Origin: a virus | Virus record (IMG/VR): IMGVR_UViG_3300021197_001481 | Span: 22,817-86,816 of that record | Strand: one strand, 5' to 3' | DNA length: 64,000 bases | Shown: positions 9,751 through 20,483 of the stretch, in pieces | Layout of the letters: each line of letters opens with the position of its first letter | Numbering within the stretch: position 1 is the first letter of the stretch | Program-made: the position numbers and the translations under genes | Notes under the pieces: model-generated | What the model was told of the DNA's origin: nothing | Seen by the model: the letters and a program-made list of their open reading frames with translations, nothing else | Databases searched by the model: none

Positions 9751-12700
9751 ATGACGACCAAATCATACAGAAACGACTTCCACGGAAAAAACCCATATTA
9801 CGATGACTTTGACCCAGCGAAAAAGTTTGTTCGTATCATGTCTCGTCCCGGTTTACCTCTTCAAGCAAGAGAGATTACCCAGTTACAGACTATTCTACAA
9901 AATCAAATTGAAAGAATCGGAGATCACTTCTTCGAGGAAGGTGCTTCTGTTCGCGGTGGCGACATCACTGAGGCAAATGGTGTTGCTCTACGCCTTGCAA
10001 ACACATCGTATACAACAGACCAACTAAAATCCTTTATAAACAAAGTAATACAAAATGCTTCATCTGGTGTCCGAGCAAGGATTACTTCTTTCGCTGACAA
10101 GAGTGCAACACTTTCAAATGATGAATATCAGATTCTCTTTGCTACCTATATTACCTCTGGATCATTTGATTCCGGAGACACACTTGAAATTGCAGGAACT
10201 CTTCCTCTAGAAACAGTAGATCTTATTCCCGCAGCAAATTCCGGACCTCCTGCCGTCAGTATTGCTACCAATATTGTTGGTATAAACACAGGAATATATT
10301 ACGCGGATGGATTTTTTATTGAATCGGATGCTGAAAGTATTGCTGTTGCAGGAACAACCTACGATTCAGGCGCAGACGCATCTCATAGAGATTTTAGTAA
10401 CCCGTCTGCTTCTATTGGTTATGATATCAAGAGAGAACTTATCAGTTCTGATGAAGATGAATCACTAAAAGATCCTTCGTTTGGTTTCTATAACTTCAAC
10501 TCACCCGGTGCGGATCGTTATAAAGTAACTCTAGAACTTTCTCAGAAAGATATTTCAGGTGGTTTGACCTTTGATAGTGAAGACTACTTTGAAATTATGA
10601 GAATTATCAATGGTGAGACCACGAAACAAGTTCGCTATACTGATTATGCTATATTCGAGGATACTCTGGCAAGAAGAACATTTGATGAGTCTGGAAACTA
10701 CACAGTAAGACCTTTTCAAATAACAACAGCGTCTCACAGTGAAGCATTTGGTCAGACTGATGAAACAAAACATGCGATCAAAATTGATTCAGGGAAAGCA
10801 TATATTGGCGGTTATGAATTTGAGACAATTGCTCCAAGATATATCGCTGTCTCTAAAGGGCGAACAACAAACAGAATTCAACAGGCAACTCTTAGTACAA
10901 AACTAGAAAACTACGTCACTCTCATATCATCAAATGATGTACAAAAAGGAGATGAACGAACCACCTTTACAAAAAATCAAAAAGCATCAATACAACGCAA
11001 CACTACTGAAATTGGAACATGTAACGTAAGATCCATTGAAGATGTCGTAATTGATTCGACTACTACCGAAACAAGACTATATCTATTCAACATTAATATG
11101 ACCAATAGTGATGCTGACGATGGAATTAGTGCTTTTAAAGATTCGACACACATAGCAGTAAACAATGGTACTAGTAATGTGCAAAGATTTCAGATTGGTA
11201 CTGAAACTGGAGACACTCCTTTAGAAAATATTGGTCCGTCGAGGCAAATATTCAAAGCACCAATTGGATCTGGTCTCATTCGTGCCTCTGGTTCAGATGG
11301 TTTGGTTTCTTCTTTCCTAGTAAAGAAACCATATACATTTGATATTGCTAGTGGTGCAGCAACTATAACTTCAACAAAACCATTCCTCGATGGTACTGAG
11401 TCAAACTACGTCATTTATTATGATGATAGCAGCAGCGGTGACGGTGCAACAAAAATGAAAGTGGGTGATTCTACTAATGGTTTTGTTCTAACCACAAACA
11501 ACAACGATACTAGTCCAAAAGTAACTATCACTAAAGGTAGTTCTGTTGTTGATTCGGGTGAAGGAACCATCATTGCTTCGCAGAGATGGCAATCCGATGC
11601 CAGTTCTGATATAGAAAACAATATTAGGGTTAAAACATTAGTTGATAGCACTATGGGTGCTAAATTAGGTAATGCTACAACAGGTATTATCGAATTAGAT
11701 CACTGTGATGTTTTTAGTCTCACCACACTAAATGATGGAGTCAGAGAGGTTTCTAGTAGTTTTGAACTGGATGTAAACTCAGGCGTTGATGCGTACAGAA
11801 GAAGTAGACTTATCTTGAGAGCAGGAGCAACTTGTGCTACTGACGAAGATGGAAATCTAGTCATTAACTCTGCCTCATACAAGCGTTTTCAGCACTCCGG
11901 TGATGGACCATTTACGGTGGACTCATACCCACTAACACAAATAACATACGAAGAAATTCCAAACTTCACTGATCCAGAAACAGGAGAGATTTATAGTCTT
12001 GCTGATGCTTATGATTTTAGACCAGTAGCAACAGACGCAAACAATACATCTTTCGACAATGGTTCGGGGGGCGCACAGGTAGTTGCTTTCTCAAACCCAG
12101 TCAACACTAGTACGGTTTCATATGAACACTACTTATCAAGAATTGATAGTGTTGTTTTAGATAGGCAGACCAGAGAATTTAAAATTGTTGAAGGCAAACC
12201 CTCTGTTAGTCCAATTGCTCCAGAACTTGACTCACTGGATATGAATCTAGGCAATCTTATTGTACCACCATACACACGACTTTTCAGTGATATAAAATAT
12301 CGATACATCGATAATCAAAGAAGCACGATGATGGATATCAATGAGATAGAAGGATCCCAGCAATTTGACTCTTATTATGCGTTTAAAAATGATCTAGAAC
12401 AAGAAGCACTTAACCGGGCACAAAACTTTAGATCATCTAGAACTGCTTTTTCTGATGGTATATTCGTTGACACATTCATTGGTCACAATAATGCAGTTAC
12501 CGCAAAAAGAAGTCACAACTGCTCAATCGATCCAGAAAACGGAGAACTACGACCCGCATTTGAAAGTACCTTTATTAGAATGGGTATCACGGGAGCAAGT
12601 CTCGGTTCTGATATAGTCCACACGGATGACAATATTTTCTTACCAACCTCAACATCTGTGGTTTACGATTCAAACATGATCGCTACTGATATCATAAGTG

Positions 12701-15462
12701 CAAATCAATTTGCTGTAGCAGACTATCTTGGAACAATGAAAGTGTCTCCTAGTAGTGATAACTATTTTACAAGCAGAAAACCACTAGTAATGGTAAATGC
12801 CATAGGTGAGGTTGATAACTGGGAAACTACAATCAGTGCCTTCCAACGAGGACGAGCGTCTGGTTTTGGATCACAGTGGAGAGATTGGGAAACACTCTGG
12901 TTTGGTTCTAGAAAAAGAAATGACGTTAATGTTGAACACGATTCATCTAGTTCTGAATATACAAACCCAAGAAGATCTTCATACGTCTCTAGAGTTATCT
13001 CTGATAAACTCTTAAAAAGAATTGGAAATAAGATTGTTGATTTAAGTATTGTACCTTATATCAATGCTAGAACGATTACATACACTGCGGAAAATCTGAA
13101 ACCAAGCACCTTGCACAGAGTTTTCTTTGATGGTGTACAAATGACCCAGACAACACCGCTACCGAGAACAGATATTGCTGGTAAGATAAGTGGATCATTT
13201 ATCTGTCCGAATAATATTCTTACGGGCAAAAAACTAATCAGAATTGTAAATACAAATGATGGAACTCTAGATCTAGCAACTTCAAGTGCTGATGCAGTAT
13301 ATTATGCAGAAGGGTTGTTAGACACTAAAGAAGGTGACTCATACTCTGTGCGTCCCGTCATAACTAGACGGAAAGCAAGCAACGTCGATGATGTTTCAAG
13401 TGACTATTATGATGCAAACTCTGCAAACAATCTTTCTAGATCTTATAATTCATTAACCCCGTTTGCTCAGGAAATTTCAGTAGACCCTACAAATTTCCCA
13501 AATGGAATTATGCTGAAAGATATTGAATTATTCTTCTCTAAAGTTGCCACGGGAACCTCACTAGAACTGGACCCAATCAAAGTTCATATTCGACCAATGT
13601 ATAACGGCGCACCACATCCGTTTAAAGTTCTACCATTTTCTGAAATAACAAGAACAAACGTAAGAACGGCAAAATACGATTCTCCAATTGGTAGCGGAGA
13701 AAAGTTTGAATTTTCTACTCCAGTGTACCTAAAACCAAATACAAATTATGCAATCTGTATTAGTACAAATGGAAATTATGAACTCTTTTATGGTGAAGAG
13801 GGAGAAGTGGAGAAAAAGGGAGACGTAGTTAATGCAACACAAGGCACCATGACCACTACAAAACCATTATACTTCGGATCACTACACCTACCCCTCAACA
13901 ATGGTACTTCAACAGCATATGATAATCGATTCCTTAAGATGGCAGTGAACCAATGTTCCTTTGGGGTGTCAGAATCGGGCGACTCGATAAATACAAGTTC
14001 TGTTAAGTTTGAAACAGACATCTCATTGACAGTTCCTTATCATGTATGTTTTATCCATAGCAACACACAACCATCGGACGCAGTAAATCCAGTATATGAT
14101 TTGACTTCATCTAAACAGATAAGTGGTTCTATTGTTAGAAATAATATCGATGTCAATACAACAATTGATGATTGGGACGATAAACTTATCATTGCTCCTG
14201 ATCAACCCCTGTCTATAACCACTAAATTTATATCAGACAGTAAGGGTGCAGTTGCCAGTATGGTTGATGGTGACAGGTTAGGTTTCCTTGCAGTAAATTA
14301 CATGGCAAATAACGATGACGGAGCAGCAACAACAGAAGAACTGCAACCCACATCAAGATTAGCATCAAACAGATCACGTTACATAGGAAGAAAAGTAAAT
14401 CTAGACAGAGCAGCAGATGATATTGTTGTGATGGTTGACGGTTCATATGTCAACCAATCAAAAATTAGGGTCTATGTAAAACTACAGGGACCAGATCAAC
14501 CAAACGGTGTTTTTGATGATAATGATTATGAAGAGTTATTCCCCGAAGGCAACCCAACGCCCGGAGAATTTGAAGCACTTAAACCAACAGGTGAAGTTGG
14601 TGGTGTGATGAGATTTACAACCAACAACCTACTGCCCGGAACAAGTACAGAATTTACTGCCTATCAAGTTAAAATTCTATTGATGGGTCAAAACATTGCC
14701 AATAATGGTAGTGCTAGAGAAGTTCCTGTTATCAATACAGTCTCTGCTGTTCCTCTTCGTAGAGTTTCACAAGATGAAATTCGTAGATATACTCCAGCAG
14801 GAACAGTATTGTCGTGGGCAGGTGGAGCAGCACCATTTGGATTTGTGTTATGTGATGGTTCTTCTTACAATATTGCCACACAACCAGAATTTAAAATTCT
14901 CAAGGAAGCAATTGGAAGCACATTCAATCTAAACACTGATCCGGGTGGTAACCAATTTAGAGTTCCTGATCTTCGAGGAAGAACTATTGTAGGAACTTCC
15001 GTATCCTCACCTACTTCCTCTACATATTCCTTATCCGAAAGAACAATTTCTGATTCTAGTGGTAGCGAATCTATTACTCTTACAAAACAACAACTTCCTC
15101 CACACTCTCACGCACTAGGCGAAGGTAGAGACACCGAGGGTGCTGGTCAGCAGGGTGAAGATAATTATAACCCCAACGATCTGAGGGTCTCGGACAGGTT
15201 GCCTGATGGTGCGTTTATTCCAACCTCAACAAATATGGGCGGAAATGATGATGGTAAGCAAAATGCGATTTGGACTTTCGACGGTAAGTGGAATAGTGGT
15301 AGACATGGTACGCTTCGTCCAGTTGCCGGAAAGAACCCGCCAATTAGCAATACAACAGACCCAGAAGATGATGAAGGTTACCGAAGCATGGCAGGAAGAC
15401 CAATTACAGAATCACAGAAGATGGACCCCTTCCTCGTTCTTAACTATATAATTAAGATCTAA
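9751..15462 (+). CDS. Large virion structural protein (VrlC/DUF4815-like) with C-terminal tail-collar domain
   Basis: PYYDDFD..K..RI..RPG.PLQAREITQLQ, PGADRYK, LARRTFDESGNY, GIFVDTF; C-terminal PAGTV..WAG...GFVLCDG...FRVPDLRGR collar and PFLVLNYIIKI end. Confidence 0.85.
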   Translation: MTTKSYRNDFHGKNPYYDDFDPAKKFVRIMSRPGLPLQAREITQLQTILQNQIERIGDHFFEEGASVRGGDITEANGVALRLANTSYTTDQLKSFINKVIQNASSGVRARITSFADKSATLSNDEYQILFATYITSGSFDSGDTLEIAGTLPLETVDLIPAANSGPPAVSIATNIVGINTGIYYADGFFIESDAESIAVAGTTYDSGADASHRDFSNPSASIGYDIKRELISSDEDESLKDPSFGFYNFNSPGADRYKVTLELSQKDISGGLTFDSEDYFEIMRIINGETTKQVRYTDYAIFEDTLARRTFDESGNYTVRPFQITTASHSEAFGQTDETKHAIKIDSGKAYIGGYEFETIAPRYIAVSKGRTTNRIQQATLSTKLENYVTLISSNDVQKGDERTTFTKNQKASIQRNTTEIGTCNVRSIEDVVIDSTTTETRLYLFNINMTNSDADDGISAFKDSTHIAVNNGTSNVQRFQIGTETGDTPLENIGPSRQIFKAPIGSGLIRASGSDGLVSSFLVKKPYTFDIASGAATITSTKPFLDGTESNYVIYYDDSSSGDGATKMKVGDSTNGFVLTTNNNDTSPKVTITKGSSVVDSGEGTIIASQRWQSDASSDIENNIRVKTLVDSTMGAKLGNATTGIIELDHCDVFSLTTLNDGVREVSSSFELDVNSGVDAYRRSRLILRAGATCATDEDGNLVINSASYKRFQHSGDGPFTVDSYPLTQITYEEIPNFTDPETGEIYSLADAYDFRPVATDANNTSFDNGSGGAQVVAFSNPVNTSTVSYEHYLSRIDSVVLDRQTREFKIVEGKPSVSPIAPELDSLDMNLGNLIVPPYTRLFSDIKYRYIDNQRSTMMDINEIEGSQQFDSYYAFKNDLEQEALNRAQNFRSSRTAFSDGIFVDTFIGHNNAVTAKRSHNCSIDPENGELRPAFESTFIRMGITGASLGSDIVHTDDNIFLPTSTSVVYDSNMIATDIISANQFAVADYLGTMKVSPSSDNYFTSRKPLVMVNAIGEVDNWETTISAFQRGRASGFGSQWRDWETLWFGSRKRNDVNVEHDSSSSEYTNPRRSSYVSRVISDKLLKRIGNKIVDLSIVPYINARTITYTAENLKPSTLHRVFFDGVQMTQTTPLPRTDIAGKISGSFICPNNILTGKKLIRIVNTNDGTLDLATSSADAVYYAEGLLDTKEGDSYSVRPVITRRKASNVDDVSSDYYDANSANNLSRSYNSLTPFAQEISVDPTNFPNGIMLKDIELFFSKVATGTSLELDPIKVHIRPMYNGAPHPFKVLPFSEITRTNVRTAKYDSPIGSGEKFEFSTPVYLKPNTNYAICISTNGNYELFYGEEGEVEKKGDVVNATQGTMTTTKPLYFGSLHLPLNNGTSTAYDNRFLKMAVNQCSFGVSESGDSINTSSVKFETDISLTVPYHVCFIHSNTQPSDAVNPVYDLTSSKQISGSIVRNNIDVNTTIDDWDDKLIIAPDQPLSITTKFISDSKGAVASMVDGDRLGFLAVNYMANNDDGAATTEELQPTSRLASNRSRYIGRKVNLDRAADDIVVMVDGSYVNQSKIRVYVKLQGPDQPNGVFDDNDYEELFPEGNPTPGEFEALKPTGEVGGVMRFTTNNLLPGTSTEFTAYQVKILLMGQNIANNGSAREVPVINTVSAVPLRRVSQDEIRRYTPAGTVLSWAGGAAPFGFVLCDGSSYNIATQPEFKILKEAIGSTFNLNTDPGGNQFRVPDLRGRTIVGTSVSSPTSSTYSLSERTISDSSGSESITLTKQQLPPHSHALGEGRDTEGAGQQGEDNYNPNDLRVSDRLPDGAFIPTSTNMGGNDDGKQNAIWTFDGKWNSGRHGTLRPVAGKNPPISNTTDPEDDEGYRSMAGRPITESQKMDPFLVLNYIIKI

Positions 15463-15477
15463 TACAGAAAGACACTA

Positions 15478-17271
15478 ATGGCAGGAAAAGCGTTTAATAA
15501 TCTGAATAAGATTTTCCTCTCGGACACCTTCCGAGCGTGGTTTGATAAAACAAACCAAATTGTCAACACATTAAATCCTCTTGAGGTTTATGGTGTTACC
15601 GCAGGCGAAGGCGAAGTAGCAGGAATAACAATGGACTTCGGATCTGATGGTATTGTTACCGTTGGTCTTAAACTTCCTGATGCACTAACCGGCGACTTTA
15701 CATTCAATAGTGGTGTGACTTTTGCTAATTTTGTAAGTGTTTCTGGTCTTACTGTAGACTTTGCTCCCAACGGAGGAAATGGTGCGACACTGACTGGACG
15801 AGTTGTCCGTAGCGTCAATGGAGCGTTTGGGGATGTTGCACTCGACTTTGTTGCAATTCCCGGAAACTCTGCTGATGGCGACATCTTGTATTATGAAAAT
15901 ACTGGTGCAGGTGCAACTTTCAGATCATATAATCTTTTCTCAGACGGAACTGCCGACAATGGAATGATGCATATTGGTGGGAGCGGCGGCGTATTCTTTG
16001 GTATTACCGCAGGTGGTGCATCTTCTGCAAATGAATTTGTAAAACTAGGAAACATCCAACTAGTAGGTGCAACCGCATCTGGTATCTACATGGTGGACAA
16101 CTCACAGACAGCATTAAGCACCGCAAAGATTGCGGGTGCAGATATTCGTTACGGAACCGAAGGAAGTTCACAACTTCTAACAATCGGTGGCAGGAATATT
16201 TCCGGTGTTGCACACGGAACCAAGAATCTAATTCTTGATTTCAACAGACAGTCGATTATTGTCGGTGGTGGTGCTGTTTCTAGTGTAGGAACCACAAACG
16301 GTATTGTAGATATTCGAGACGAGGGTAACATTGGTATCCCCATACAATACACAGACACAAGTGGATCCACTTTTGCCATTAAGTATCTTTCCGCAGGTGA
16401 AACACTAGGAGGACTTTCTGGTGGCGGCGAAGCGGGTCTTGCCCACTTCCAAGGACACCCAGCAACAAAGGGTCTTCTAGGAGATAAGAGAATCCGTTTG
16501 GCAAATGTCGCTGGATCTGTTGAAGTGGAACTAGTAGGATCTGGTAAAACTTCTGGGTTTGCTGTCTACGGACAAAAACCAGAGTATGGAAATGCTCTTC
16601 TACCTGCAATGGTCGTGAGACGAGACGGTGATGTGGTAATAGGTGGTATTCGTGCAGAAGATGGCGGTATCACAGGAACCACATACGGTGCATTGAACAT
16701 TGCAAGTGGAAAACTCCGTGTCGGTGGTTCTGCGGGTGCAGTAGTAACAAACGGTTATCAGGTTCTTTCTTCAGATGGTGATGTTGCAAGTTGGAAAACT
16801 CTGTCATCGACCGCTTTTAATTATAGTGGAGATGTAGGATCAGTTCTAAATGGTTACCAATCTCAAACAGACATTGTTTTAGATCAAGCACTTGGTGGAA
16901 TTAGGTGTCAGGATAGAGATGGAAATGACATGACAGGACCATTCTCCGCAACTATCAATATGCCGCTTGCATTACTTACAGGAAGCGTTGATATTTCTGA
17001 TGTATCCCAGCAAGCAGTGTATGGGGTTAGAATGGTATTAGATGGTATTAATATAGACAAGTTCATTAGTGCAAGAGATTTTGTTTCCATAGGAAGTTAT
17101 GGATCAACCACTTCCAAATTAATGAGTCAATCATTCACTTTCAGCGGAAATGCAAGCAGCAGTGTGAAGTTTTTCCCCTTCATGACAACACTAAGCACAT
17201 ACGGGATTAATCAAAAATTCTTATATCAAGCAAAAGGGTCATACTTAGTAACTTTCAATAAGTTAGGATAA
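15478..17271 (+). CDS. Gly-rich tail fibre/baseplate-associated protein
   Basis: N-terminal LSDTFRAWFDKTNQI resembles T4-like fibre attachment segments; VRSVNGAFGDV motif; many G-x-T tripeptides. Confidence 0.6.
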   Translation: MAGKAFNNLNKIFLSDTFRAWFDKTNQIVNTLNPLEVYGVTAGEGEVAGITMDFGSDGIVTVGLKLPDALTGDFTFNSGVTFANFVSVSGLTVDFAPNGGNGATLTGRVVRSVNGAFGDVALDFVAIPGNSADGDILYYENTGAGATFRSYNLFSDGTADNGMMHIGGSGGVFFGITAGGASSANEFVKLGNIQLVGATASGIYMVDNSQTALSTAKIAGADIRYGTEGSSQLLTIGGRNISGVAHGTKNLILDFNRQSIIVGGGAVSSVGTTNGIVDIRDEGNIGIPIQYTDTSGSTFAIKYLSAGETLGGLSGGGEAGLAHFQGHPATKGLLGDKRIRLANVAGSVEVELVGSGKTSGFAVYGQKPEYGNALLPAMVVRRDGDVVIGGIRAEDGGITGTTYGALNIASGKLRVGGSAGAVVTNGYQVLSSDGDVASWKTLSSTAFNYSGDVGSVLNGYQSQTDIVLDQALGGIRCQDRDGNDMTGPFSATINMPLALLTGSVDISDVSQQAVYGVRMVLDGINIDKFISARDFVSIGSYGSTTSKLMSQSFTFSGNASSSVKFFPFMTTLSTYGINQKFLYQAKGSYLVTFNKLG

Positions 17272-17278
17272 TATACAC

Positions 17279-18343
17279 ATGGCAGATTACGACGGAATTA
17301 TAAGAGGACCAAACAGGGTTTATTATGTCTTTGATAGACTGAGCGGAGATGGTACGGGTGGTACATCTGCCAATTTTTTAACCACCATTGATATATCGGG
17401 ATCAACTACAGCATATGTTAGTGCTGGGGGTCATACGGTCGGCACCACTGCTGAACTAGACATGTATGTTGGTAATAGAGCATATACTAACTTCACAAGA
17501 AAAAACGAAGTATTATTTTCTGATTTTGTGAACGGAGGAATCACTTCAACCACAACTTCATTTACACCAGATCCTAGAATTCAGTTTGGTATTATCATAA
17601 ACGGAACTGCTGGTTCGTTTACTGGACATCATATGGATGAAATTCATGTGACCGCTAATGCAGGAGAAACTTTCCAAGGATTTTTAGGGCACATAGAATA
17701 CAGTGCAAACAACACATCACTAGCAACAGACACAGCGTTATTGGGATTGGTTGCTTTTGGATTATCCGGATCTGATGCAACATCCACTGAAGATCTATAC
17801 GTTATGGGAGCAGGAAAAACTCTTGAAAATAAAGATAATTCAACAACTACCACAGTAGCGAGTGCATCTAAAATTAATTATGTTGATGTGGATGTTTATA
17901 ATAGTATTATTTCTGGACAAATTCGTTCTCAATTTAATACATTTGGTCTAATTGGAATAACCATTGGTGATGCTGATCAGAAACAAAATGTATTCTTTAA
18001 TCCATGTGACGAAGAACTTGTTTCCTACGTTTCCACTTTGCTACCTGCGTTTGATCACGGGGCATCTGGTGCTTCTGGACAAGATTATACTCAGACAAAT
18101 GTATTTACTATGTTGGCGGGTGTGACTGGCGATCTTTCGGATGTAAATACTAATGGTACAAATGTTATTTATGGAGTTACCTTTAATGCTTCCACTGGTG
18201 GAACAGTAGGAAACTCCGCCTTTGAAGAATTTTCTCATGCAGTCATTCATAAGTACACAGAGAAACAAAACAACATGGGCGGAAAACTATATGAACTGGG
18301 ATTAAAGAAATCAACAAGAGCAATGGATGAAATAGATTTCTGA
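17279..18343 (+). CDS. Hypothetical Gly/Thr-rich virion protein
   Basis: 354-aa ORF inside the structural module, G-x-T rich. Confidence 0.55.
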   Translation: MADYDGIIRGPNRVYYVFDRLSGDGTGGTSANFLTTIDISGSTTAYVSAGGHTVGTTAELDMYVGNRAYTNFTRKNEVLFSDFVNGGITSTTTSFTPDPRIQFGIIINGTAGSFTGHHMDEIHVTANAGETFQGFLGHIEYSANNTSLATDTALLGLVAFGLSGSDATSTEDLYVMGAGKTLENKDNSTTTTVASASKINYVDVDVYNSIISGQIRSQFNTFGLIGITIGDADQKQNVFFNPCDEELVSYVSTLLPAFDHGASGASGQDYTQTNVFTMLAGVTGDLSDVNTNGTNVIYGVTFNASTGGTVGNSAFEEFSHAVIHKYTEKQNNMGGKLYELGLKKSTRAMDEIDF

Positions 18344-18354
18344 TTATCCTGCTC

Positions 18355-18362
18355 CCTACATA
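18355..18362 (+). promoter_or_regulatory. Putative late promoter (CCTACATA)
   Basis: Intergenic, upstream of the AAGGAG SD of gp13. Confidence 0.55.
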
Positions 18363-18384
18363 TATTATGGCAAGGAGCATATAA

Positions 18385-19176
18385 ATGGCAAAACCCACAT
18401 CTAGACAGGAACTCAAGGATTATGCACTTCGCAGACTTGGATCACCTGTTGTTGAAATTAACGTAGATGACGCACAAGTAGAGGACCGTGTAGATGATGC
18501 TCTACAAATGTTTGCTGAGTATCACTTTGATGGTGTTCAGAAAGCATTCTATAAGTATGCAGTAACAAGCGAGGACATCAGCAACGGTTATATTGATACC
18601 GACTCATTAGTAAAAAATGATGGGGCAATTGGTCCCGAACTAGAGGCAGGGAACCAAATTATTTCTGTCCTCCGTATTTTTGAATTTTCTGAGGGTGGAA
18701 CTAGCAATATATTCAGTGTGCCATATCAGATGGCACTGAATGATGTGATGGGAATTAGAAACCCCGGTTCTATTATTGACTATACCATGACACAATCACA
18801 TATCCAGATGATTCAAGATTATTTGGACCCAGAAAAGGCGATACGATTCAGTCGTGTAACAAACAGAATTTACGTTGACACAAACTGGACTGAAGATATT
18901 TCAGCAGGACAATTTTTAACAATCGAATGCTACGTTGCACTGAGTCCGACAACCTATCCAGAAATTTTTAACGATATTCTTCTTAAAAAGTATGTCACTG
19001 CTTCCATCAAACAGCAGTGGGGAGCAAACTTATCAAAGTATACAAATGTCACTCTTCCGGGTGGTCTTTCATATAATGGTTCAGAAATTTATCAACAAGC
19101 AACCGATGAAATGAACCAAATTGAAGAGTCGCTTTCTGATAAGTATGAACTTCCACCAGATATGAGCGTAGGGTAA
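18385..19176 (+). CDS. gp13: Neck protein gp13
   Basis: SRQELKDYALRRLGSPVVEINV, EYHFDG, QQWGANLSKY..LPGG motifs. Confidence 0.95.
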   Translation: MAKPTSRQELKDYALRRLGSPVVEINVDDAQVEDRVDDALQMFAEYHFDGVQKAFYKYAVTSEDISNGYIDTDSLVKNDGAIGPELEAGNQIISVLRIFEFSEGGTSNIFSVPYQMALNDVMGIRNPGSIIDYTMTQSHIQMIQDYLDPEKAIRFSRVTNRIYVDTNWTEDISAGQFLTIECYVALSPTTYPEIFNDILLKKYVTASIKQQWGANLSKYTNVTLPGGLSYNGSEIYQQATDEMNQIEESLSDKYELPPDMSVG

Positions 19177-19180
19177 ATCA

Positions 19181-19639
19181 ATGTCATTTAACAAAAATAT
19201 AGACACATCAAGTTTCGACGATTTTGACTTTGGATTTGAATTGGTAGACAGTCCTACTCCAACCGATACTCCACAAGAACAACAGTCAGTTTCTGTTGAC
19301 ACAAGCGAAATTGATGATCGACTCGAATCATTAGAAAAGAAAATTAGCAATGTTCTTAACATTGTATCCCTTAATGATTCTGGTGATGATATCAAACAGG
19401 CAATTGAAGAACAAGGATCATGTATTAATAATGCATTGGACTCAATAGAAGAAGTGAAAGACAGTTTAGAAAAAGACTACGAAAAAAAACTAGAGGAAAT
19501 TGAGAATCTCGTTCTCCCGCTTCTAGTAAATCTTACAAAAAATCCAGAGAGAGAATTCATAAAGTGGCCAAGTCGAGCAGAATCTGTTCAGGGTCACATC
19601 AATAAAATCTTAGAGGTAACCAGAGGCGATGGCGACTAA
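19181..19639 (+). CDS. Hypothetical coiled-coil protein
   Basis: FDFGF N-terminus and LPLLVNLTKNPEREFIKWP.R C-terminus; lies between gp13 and gp14. Confidence 0.6.
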   Translation: MSFNKNIDTSSFDDFDFGFELVDSPTPTDTPQEQQSVSVDTSEIDDRLESLEKKISNVLNIVSLNDSGDDIKQAIEEQGSCINNALDSIEEVKDSLEKDYEKKLEEIENLVLPLLVNLTKNPEREFIKWPSRAESVQGHINKILEVTRGDGD

Positions 19640-20483
19640 TCCATATTTCCGCAAAGCAGTTCCAGCAGAACAAGACCTGATTGATGATCTCTCTATAGAA
19701 GTTATCAAAATAAATGGTTTTGATATGATATACCTGCCAAGAACTCTTGTGCGGGAAGATGAACTTTTTGGTGAAGACAGATCTCCTTCTAGATTTACAA
19801 CTGGACGAGAAATAGAAATGCTTGTCGAATCAGTTGATGGGTTTGAGGGCGACGGAGAAGTGTTCTCTCGATTTGGTCTTGAGATCAAAGACAATGTTTC
19901 GCTGCTGGTAGCGAGAAAAAGATTTGAGACAGAATTTGGAGATCTTGGATTTTTATCACCCAGAGAAGGTGATCTATTGTACTTTCCAATCTCCGGAGGA
20001 TTGTTTGAAATTGATTATGTTGAGAGAGAAAATCCATTCTATCAACTTAACAAAATTAGCACATACAAAATTACATGCTCGCTCTTCCGATATAGTGGAG
20101 AGGATTTCAACACCGGGTGGACTGTTATTGATGGGGTTACCTCAGACCACACACAACAATATACGACTCTCGTTCTTGGTGCTGGATCAGGAAATTATAA
20201 AGAAGGCGAAACAGTCATACAAGGTGCTGGTTCTACCATTGCAGGACAGGTACAAGAATGGTTGTCTGCAAGCACTACTCTTTACGTTACAGGACTGACA
20301 GGAGAATTCCAAGCAGGAATCACCGTCCAAGGACAGTCTTCTGGTACTGAATATCTCCTTGGAAGTTCTGGAGTCACCAGTCACTTTGCTGTTAATGATG
20401 TCGATGAAGATAACTTAGAATTTGAAACAGAGAACCTCTTTGACTTTACTGATACAGATCCGTTCTCGGAAGGTGATCTATAA
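19629..20483 (+). CDS. gp14: Neck protein gp14
   Basis: NPYF, EQDLIDDL..E.IKING.D..YLPR, PREGDLLYFP, PFYQL motifs. Confidence 0.95.
   Translation: MATNPYFRKAVPAEQDLIDDLSIEVIKINGFDMIYLPRTLVREDELFGEDRSPSRFTTGREIEMLVESVDGFEGDGEVFSRFGLEIKDNVSLLVARKRFETEFGDLGFLSPREGDLLYFPISGGLFEIDYVERENPFYQLNKISTYKITCSLFRYSGEDFNTGWTVIDGVTSDHTQQYTTLVLGAGSGNYKEGETVIQGAGSTIAGQVQEWLSASTTLYVTGLTGEFQAGITVQGQSSGTEYLLGSSGVTSHFAVNDVDEDNLEFETENLFDFTDTDPFSEGDL

Noticed and set aside
18350-18379. tgctcc/ggagca inverted repeat that could hide the gp13 SD on read-through RNA
   Set aside because: Only a 6-bp stem with an 18-nt loop; too weak to claim without folding calculations
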